Shown piece after piece: positions 58,832 to 64,000 of a DNA stretch of 64,000 nt. The DNA comes from Sphingomonadales bacterium (GTDB lineage Bacteria; Pseudomonadota; Alphaproteobacteria; Sphingomonadales; G965227345). How positions within the stretch are numbered: position 1 is the stretch's first letter; each line of letters opens with the position of its first letter. The notes under the pieces are model-generated. The model was given only the letters and a program-made list of their open reading frames with translations, was not told the origin of the DNA and searched no databases. The DNA is taken from contig OZ245755.1 in the NCBI GenBank assembly GCA_965227345.1, positions 3,719,293 to 3,783,292 on the forward strand, in the 5' to 3' direction. The position numbers were made by a program, and so were the translations under genes.

Positions 58832-60700
58832 TCAGCTTGCTGCTTTAAGCGAGCTGCGGTACAGACGAATGCCTTCAACGGCTTGTTCGTTCGCGCCTTC
58901 GACTGCTTTTGCAATTTCACTCAGGCTAAAATCGATATCGTTTACCGCGGTTGTTGTCGCTTGCATGTTGGATGCTATTTGCTGCGTCGCGGCACCTTGC
59001 TGTTCGACCGCGCTGGCCACTTCGGTTACACTGGTTTGAACCGGGGTAATCGAAGCCATGATCCTTGCCAGACCGTCTACAACATTATTGGAGACCGATT
59101 GCACGTTGACAATCTCATCAGATATCTGATTGGTCGCTGCAGCAACCTGATTGGCAAGGTTTTTAACCTCACTGGCAACGACGGCAAAACCTTTGCCTGC
59201 TTCTCCGGCACGAGCAGATTCGATTGTGGCATTGAGCGCCAGCAAGTTAATCTGTGAGGCAATGTTCTGGATCAGTACAACGATGCCGCTCATTTCATCC
59301 GTTGTCGAGCTAAGTGTTTGAGTGAAGTTGTCAGCGCTGCCAATTTCTTCAAATGCCTTTGCCAGCGACTCGCGCACACCTTGCATATTTTGCCCAATCT
59401 CGCGTGCGGACGCACTAAATTCTTCCGATGCAGCAGCAATTGTCTGGACGGTTGCTGCTGTCTGAGTTGATGCGCTGGAGGCAGAGGCTGCTTGCTGGTT
59501 CGCGGTACTAATGCCTGACACAATTGCGGAAAGCTTCTCGTCAATCATTTTGGCAACTTCTTCGCGCTTCTGTCGAGCTATGATCTGGTTCGTGATATCG
59601 GTTGCGTATTTTACAACCTTGAAGGGCTGGCCTGATGGATCAAAGATCGGGTTGTATGATGCCTGGATCCAGACTTCCTTGCCGCCACTGCCAAAACGCT
59701 TGTATTCAGCGGACTGGTATTCACCGCGGCGCAGCGTTTCCCAAAAACGTTTGTATTCTTCGCTGGTCGCTTCGGATTTTTCAACAAACATACTGTGATG
59801 TTTGCCCTGAACCTCATCCAGACTATAGCCCAATGTGTCCAGGAAGTTCTTGTTGGCGGTAATGATTGTGCCGTCCATATTAAATTCAATAACAGCCTGA
59901 GATTTGCTGATGGCATCTATCTGGCCTTGATAATCCGCATTTTTCAACTTGGATGCAGTCGTATCGGTTGCGTATTTTACAATCTTGACGGGCTGGCCAG
60001 CAGAATCAAAAACCGGGTTATATGATGCCTGTATCCAGACCTGCTTGCCTGATTTGCCAATGCGCTTGTACTCTGCGCTCTGGTATTCACCGCGCCTCAG
60101 CGTTTCCCAAAAACGTTTGTATTCATCGCTGGTCACATCACTTTTCTCGACAAACATGCTGTGATGTTTGCCCCTGATTTCATCAATACTGTAGCCGAGC
60201 GTGTCCAGAAAATTCTTGTTTGCCGTTATGATTGTGCCATCCATATTGAATTCGATAACAGCCTGTGATTTGCTGATCGCATCAATCTGGCTGCAATATG
60301 CGGCGTTGCGGAGCTTTTCTGCAGTGATGTCAGTTGCAAACTTGACAATCCTGGTGATTTTGCCCTGATGATTAAAAACGGGGTTGTATGATGCCTGGAT
60401 CCAGACTTCCTTGCCTGACTTGCCGATGCGCCTGTATTCAGCGGCCTGATATTCACCGCGGCGCAGCGTTTCCCAAAAACGCTGGTAGCTCGCACTGGCG
60501 GCTTCATTTTTCTCGACAAATATGCTGTGATGATGTCCCTTGATCTCGTCAAGACGATAGCCGAGAGTATCAAGGAAGTTCTCGTTTGCAGTAATAATTG
60601 TACCGTCAGGATGGAACTCAATAATTGCTTGCGACTTGTTTAAGGCTTGCAGCATTATTGCGGCATCCTGATTGCCGATCTTAAATATATTATGCAACAT
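58832..60700 (-). CDS. soluble methyl-accepting chemotaxis protein with three tandem PAS domains
   Basis: 622 aa with no TM segment. Three 122-aa PAS modules precede the MCP signalling domain ([37 protein letters not shown]). Confidence 0.9.
   Translation of the reverse strand: MLHNIFKIGNQDAAIMLQALNKSQAIIEFHPDGTIITANENFLDTLGYRLDEIKGHHHSIFVEKNEAASASYQRFWETLRRGEYQAAEYRRIGKSGKEVWIQASYNPVFNHQGKITRIVKFATDITAEKLRNAAYCSQIDAISKSQAVIEFNMDGTIITANKNFLDTLGYSIDEIRGKHHSMFVEKSDVTSDEYKRFWETLRRGEYQSAEYKRIGKSGKQVWIQASYNPVFDSAGQPVKIVKYATDTTASKLKNADYQGQIDAISKSQAVIEFNMDGTIITANKNFLDTLGYSLDEVQGKHHSMFVEKSEATSEEYKRFWETLRRGEYQSAEYKRFGSGGKEVWIQASYNPIFDPSGQPFKVVKYATDITNQIIARQKREEVAKMIDEKLSAIVSGISTANQQAASASSASTQTAATVQTIAAASEEFSASAREIGQNMQGVRESLAKAFEEIGSADNFTQTLSSTTDEMSGIVVLIQNIASQINLLALNATIESARAGEAGKGFAVVASEVKNLANQVAAATNQISDEIVNVQSVSNNVVDGLARIMASITPVQTSVTEVASAVEQQGAATQQIASNMQATTTAVNDIDFSLSEIAKAVEGANEQAVEGIRLYRSSLKAAS
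59549..60646. repeat. three tandem 366-bp intragenic repeats (PAS module triplication)
   Basis: The string cagcgtttcccaaaaacg recurs at 59732, 60098 and 60464, exactly 366 bp apart. The encoded modules share long identical peptides ([54 protein letters not shown]). Confidence 0.85.
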
Positions 60701-60926
60701 CTTTCCCTCTACGTTTCAACAGAACTGAGTAGAAGGTCAGCATTTAAAACAATATTGGTAAAATAATTGATAATTTTAAGTAATACTCAATTGTATTGAA
60801 GTATTTGTACAAGTTATTATTATTTACATAAGCCGTTTATTTGTAATATACATATATAAATAGGCTTGAAGGGGGTGAGATCAAGCCGGGCAGGTCAGCG
60901 CTCCAGGGCATTAATGAGCCCTGGAC

Positions 60927-61790
60927 CTAATGCATCAGCAATACCGGAATATCTGCGTCGCCGATTATATCGTTTGTCATGCCACCCAATATCATCTCAC
61001 GCAGGCGGCTATGTGAATATGCCCCCATGATCAGCAGATCAGCACCCAGCGCATGCGTCGTTGCCAAAAGCTGACTGCTTTCGGATCCATCTTCCTCCGC
61101 TTCAACCCGCGCGGAAGCGGGTATGCCGTGTTGAACAAGATATTTCGCGACGGCATCGCCATCGGGGCCATCTTCGGCCAATTGGCCGACCGTCAGAACG
61201 GTTACTTCGCTGGCATTCCGAATAAGGGGAAGACTGGCTGCGATTGCCCTTGTGGCTTCTATAGAACCATTCCAGGCCAACACCGGCTTTTTCCCGGGTA
61301 CAGCGTTTGTTGTCTCCGGTAACATGAGTATCGGGCGTCCGGACTGGAACAGAACGCCTTCCAGAATATCTGTCATGATATCTGCGTTAGGGGGTTTTGG
61401 CTGAGAGACAATGGCCAAATCGCAGGTTTGGGCTTCAACACCATATAGAAAATCGAGACTGCCGATTTCTTCCCGCCAGGATACGCTTGCCGCATCCCGC
61501 ACCGGGGCCTCGGTAATTTTAATATCTTGCTTCTGGCATATGTCTTCAAATGCCGCTTTAGCTTTTGCTGCCCGCGTTCGCCCTTGTTCCTCTGCACTGT
61601 CGGAAAGTTGCACCAGCATTTCTGTTGGCATGGGGCCCACGACATAAGGCATGGATGCTGCCGGATCGGGTCGTACGTGAAGAGCAAGAATATGTGCCGA
61701 GTGTGCTTTTGCCAGTTTGATTGCCGTTTCCAGGGCGGGTGTGGAGAAATTTGCCGACATAAAGGGAACGAGAATTGTCTTGATCGACAT
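60927..61790 (-). CDS. universal stress protein, tandem UspA domains
   Basis: 287 aa. Two Usp-like halves; the second ends in the ATP-binding-type motif LLIMGAYSHSRLREMILGGMTNDI...IPVLLMH. Confidence 0.85.
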   Translation of the reverse strand: MSIKTILVPFMSANFSTPALETAIKLAKAHSAHILALHVRPDPAASMPYVVGPMPTEMLVQLSDSAEEQGRTRAAKAKAAFEDICQKQDIKITEAPVRDAASVSWREEIGSLDFLYGVEAQTCDLAIVSQPKPPNADIMTDILEGVLFQSGRPILMLPETTNAVPGKKPVLAWNGSIEATRAIAASLPLIRNASEVTVLTVGQLAEDGPDGDAVAKYLVQHGIPASARVEAEEDGSESSQLLATTHALGADLLIMGAYSHSRLREMILGGMTNDIIGDADIPVLLMH

Positions 61791-61958
61791 TGGAGAGCTC
61801 CTTCAATTACCAGAATAGCAGATCCAGATTACCATAACAGAGCGTCCGGTGCACTTCATTGACATTTATCAATGCGAATGAATGTCAGGCAGGAACTATT
61901 CCCGATCATCTGCGTTCTACAAGTACAAGGATAGACTTCTCAAACAGGAGAAAACGAG

Positions 61959-62159
61959 ATGAATGAAGATATTGTAAAAGGCAAGTGGAAGCAGTTAAAA
62001 GGCGAGGCCCAAAAGAAATGGGGCAAGTTGTCCGACGACCAGATTGAGATTATCAACGGTGACCGCCATAAACTGATCGGCAGAATACAGGAAAATTACG
62101 GTGTTACCAAAGATGAAGCGAGCAAACAGGTCGAGGAATGGGAAAAGGGTTACAAGTAA
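61959..62159 (+). CDS. CsbD family stress protein
   Basis: 66 aa. KGKWKQLKGEAQKKWGKLSDDQIEIINGDRHKLIGRIQENYG. Confidence 0.85.
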   Translation: MNEDIVKGKWKQLKGEAQKKWGKLSDDQIEIINGDRHKLIGRIQENYGVTKDEASKQVEEWEKGYK

Positions 62160-62180
62160 TTGTTCGCTATGAAAATAAGG

Positions 62181-62221
62181 AATTACACCCGGTGCAGAAG
62201 TCTGTACCGGGTGTAATTTTG
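62181..62221. terminator. intrinsic terminator between csbD and the TonB-dependent receptor gene
   Basis: aattacacccggt (62181-62193) pairs with accgggtgtaatt (62206-62218), followed by a T-run. It sits between convergent genes. Confidence 0.6.
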
Positions 62222-62249
62222 AGGTGTGAGGTCTTCCTCAGTATGGATT

Positions 62250-64000
62250 CTAGAAACCGGCTTTCAAAGTAACATACCACTGACGACCACGGTCAAACAG
62301 GCTTTCAATGGCCTGCATGGCGTCGCCATTAATGCCGGTTACCCGGTATTCTTCATCGGTCAGGTTTTTAATCCCAACCACAACGCCGATATCTTCATCC
62401 GCACTTGTCCAGGCGATATTTGCATTGACCAGATGGTAGCCGTCCTGAGCAATTTCAGGTGAGTTGAATGCGTCGTTATAGATTTTTGACTTATAGGCCC
62501 AGTCTACCCGCGGGGTGAGGGAGCCCATTTCGCCAAGCAGTACTTCATAGGAAATACCCGCACTTAAAGCCCATTCCGGGACACGTTCAAATTCGCTGTC
62601 CGGGTCAATGAAGGTTGTCGCCTGATCGATATCCTTATACTTGGCATCCAGATATCCCAATCCGGCCTCAACAAACAGGTTTGCTACCGGCATCGCCTGC
62701 ATTTCCAGCTCGAAACCGGTAATGGTAGCGCTGGCGGCATTCTTGGTAACAGGTGCAACGCTTGTAAATACCTGAATTTGAAGATCGTCATATTCAGTAC
62801 GGAAAATAGCCCCGTTCAAACGAAACCGGTTATTTGGCGTCGCATATTTGAAACCGGCCTCGTACACTTTCACAAATTCCGGATCGAATGTCGGGATCAG
62901 GTCTATGTCGGCAGTTCCCGGGGGGGCCGTGAAGGGGGCGACAATGGGCGGGAACACCCGTTGTGTAAAGCCACCTGATTTAAAACCTTCCGAATATGAA
63001 ACATAGGTCATCAGGTCGTCTGTGACGTCATAGGAAAGATTGGCCATAGGCGTAAATTCGCTGATGGAGACTTCCTTTTCAAGGAATGGCAGGATGCGCT
63101 GCCCGGCCTGCATAAACGGTGCGTCAAGCAAGGGATCGCCACTGCCTGCGAACTTGTTTTCCAGAATAACCTGATCGGGCGTGAACTTTTTGCTTTCATC
63201 CGTATAGCGCCCGCCCAGTGTCAGGTGGAATCGGGGCGTGATATCATAGGTACCCTGCGCAAAGGCCGCATAGCTTGTGTTATCAAAGCTGCCACCGCTT
63301 CTGAACCTTGAAATGGTGAAGTTGAGAATATTTTCGTTATTGCCTTTTTCCTGAAAATAATAAAGTCCGACGATCCAGTTGAACTTGCCGTCGAAGGAAT
63401 TACCCAGAAGCTGAAATTCCTGTGTGAATTGCTCCTGATTCAACTCGTCATAATATTCAGCAATTTCGAAGGGGGAATGGTCGCCATCGCGGGCGAATTC
63501 GCCTTCCAGATCACGAAAGGAGGTAATCGATTTAAGCTGAATGGTGTCACTGACATCCCAATCCATAGACAGGTTCACGGCCCATAAATCAGTGTTTGAA
63601 AAGGCGGGTGAGGTTCCGGCATCGGTGCCATTACCACGTACATATCGGTAATCATAACAGCCCGGTACTGCGGGATTATTGATCATGCCCGGGTTGGCGC
63701 ATGGTACGGGGCCACCGCCAGCCATCAAATTGGCGCCTACGTTATGAATAACGGCGAAAGGGGGTGTGTCCGGGTCCAGTGTGTTCCCCAGATTGATGTC
63801 TGTCAGCTGGACCGCAGGCCCGTTTTCACGATCTTTGGTGCCTTCAACCGACAGGTTGACTTCGAAATTGTCCGATGCCAGCCAGCGCAGGGCTGCACGA
63901 CCTGTTAGCGTGTCGTCATCGCCAAGGTCAATGCCGTCATCGCGGATCAGGTAACCGTCCTGCTGCAATTTCGCCGCCGAGAACTTGGCAAAAAGAGTGT
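62250..64000 (-). CDS. TonB-dependent receptor, C-terminal beta-barrel part (5' end outside window)
   Basis: The frame stays open past the TTG at 63968 to the window edge. The sequence shows the alternating barrel pattern and ends WYVTLKAGF with the canonical terminal Phe. Confidence 0.85.
   Translation of the reverse strand, partial: TLFAKFSAAKLQQDGYLIRDDGIDLGDDDTLTGRAALRWLASDNFEVNLSVEGTKDRENGPAVQLTDINLGNTLDPDTPPFAVIHNVGANLMAGGGPVPCANPGMINNPAVPGCYDYRYVRGNGTDAGTSPAFSNTDLWAVNLSMDWDVSDTIQLKSITSFRDLEGEFARDGDHSPFEIAEYYDELNQEQFTQEFQLLGNSFDGKFNWIVGLYYFQEKGNNENILNFTISRFRSGGSFDNTSYAAFAQGTYDITPRFHLTLGGRYTDESKKFTPDQVILENKFAGSGDPLLDAPFMQAGQRILPFLEKEVSISEFTPMANLSYDVTDDLMTYVSYSEGFKSGGFTQRVFPPIVAPFTAPPGTADIDLIPTFDPEFVKVYEAGFKYATPNNRFRLNGAIFRTEYDDLQIQVFTSVAPVTKNAASATITGFELEMQAMPVANLFVEAGLGYLDAKYKDIDQATTFIDPDSEFERVPEWALSAGISYEVLLGEMGSLTPRVDWAYKSKIYNDAFNSPEIAQDGYHLVNANIAWTSADEDIGVVVGIKNLTDEEYRVTGINGDAMQAIESLFDRGRQWYVTLKAGF

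Noticed and set aside
1-64000. Search for tRNA/rRNA genes, transposases, integrases, phage genes, toxin-antitoxin pairs and restriction-modification or other known defence systems.
   Set aside because: None was recognised. Every long ORF was either assigned to a housekeeping or PEP-CTERM function, or listed as hypothetical. No inverted terminal repeats or att-like duplications were noticed.

Overview
The window reads as a chromosomal segment of an alphaproteobacterium with mid-range GC (judged by eye). The lineage call rests on alpha-specific small proteins (GapR/DUF2312, DUF1192, a DUF1465/RcdA-like protein, ZauP-like plus ZapA), zapA-6S RNA-5-FCL synteny, and ruvCAB-ybgC-tolQRAB-pal-cpoB order. 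I support about 58 CDS, one ncRNA (6S) and several intrinsic terminators. I found no tRNA, rRNA, CRISPR array, transposase, integrase or prophage genes. Bases 1-34.5 kb are core housekeeping: pyk, rpmJ, rpmE, efp, suhB, thiE, a fba-pgk-gap-tkt block, ruvCAB and tol-pal. Two things stand out. (1) At 12.1-15.1 kb there is a MotA/MotB-type ion-channel pair, separate from the canonical TolQR in this window. Both subunits carry long coiled-coil extensions, and a secreted OmpA-like protein is encoded just upstream, directly after suhB. (2) At 36.7-57.1 kb there is a split PEP-CTERM/exosortase-type locus. It contains manC, a 1111-aa PEP-CTERM protein with about 52 GGDTSSSS octapeptides encoded by synonymously scrambled 24-bp units, and an ICMT-like membrane methyltransferase directly downstream. 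It also contains prsT-epsB-prsK-prsR-prsT, but no exosortase is visible. The last 7 kb hold an ArsR-SRPBCC operon, an MCP with a triplicated PAS module, UspA, CsbD and a truncated TonB-dependent receptor. All functional calls come from motifs read by eye; no database search was possible.
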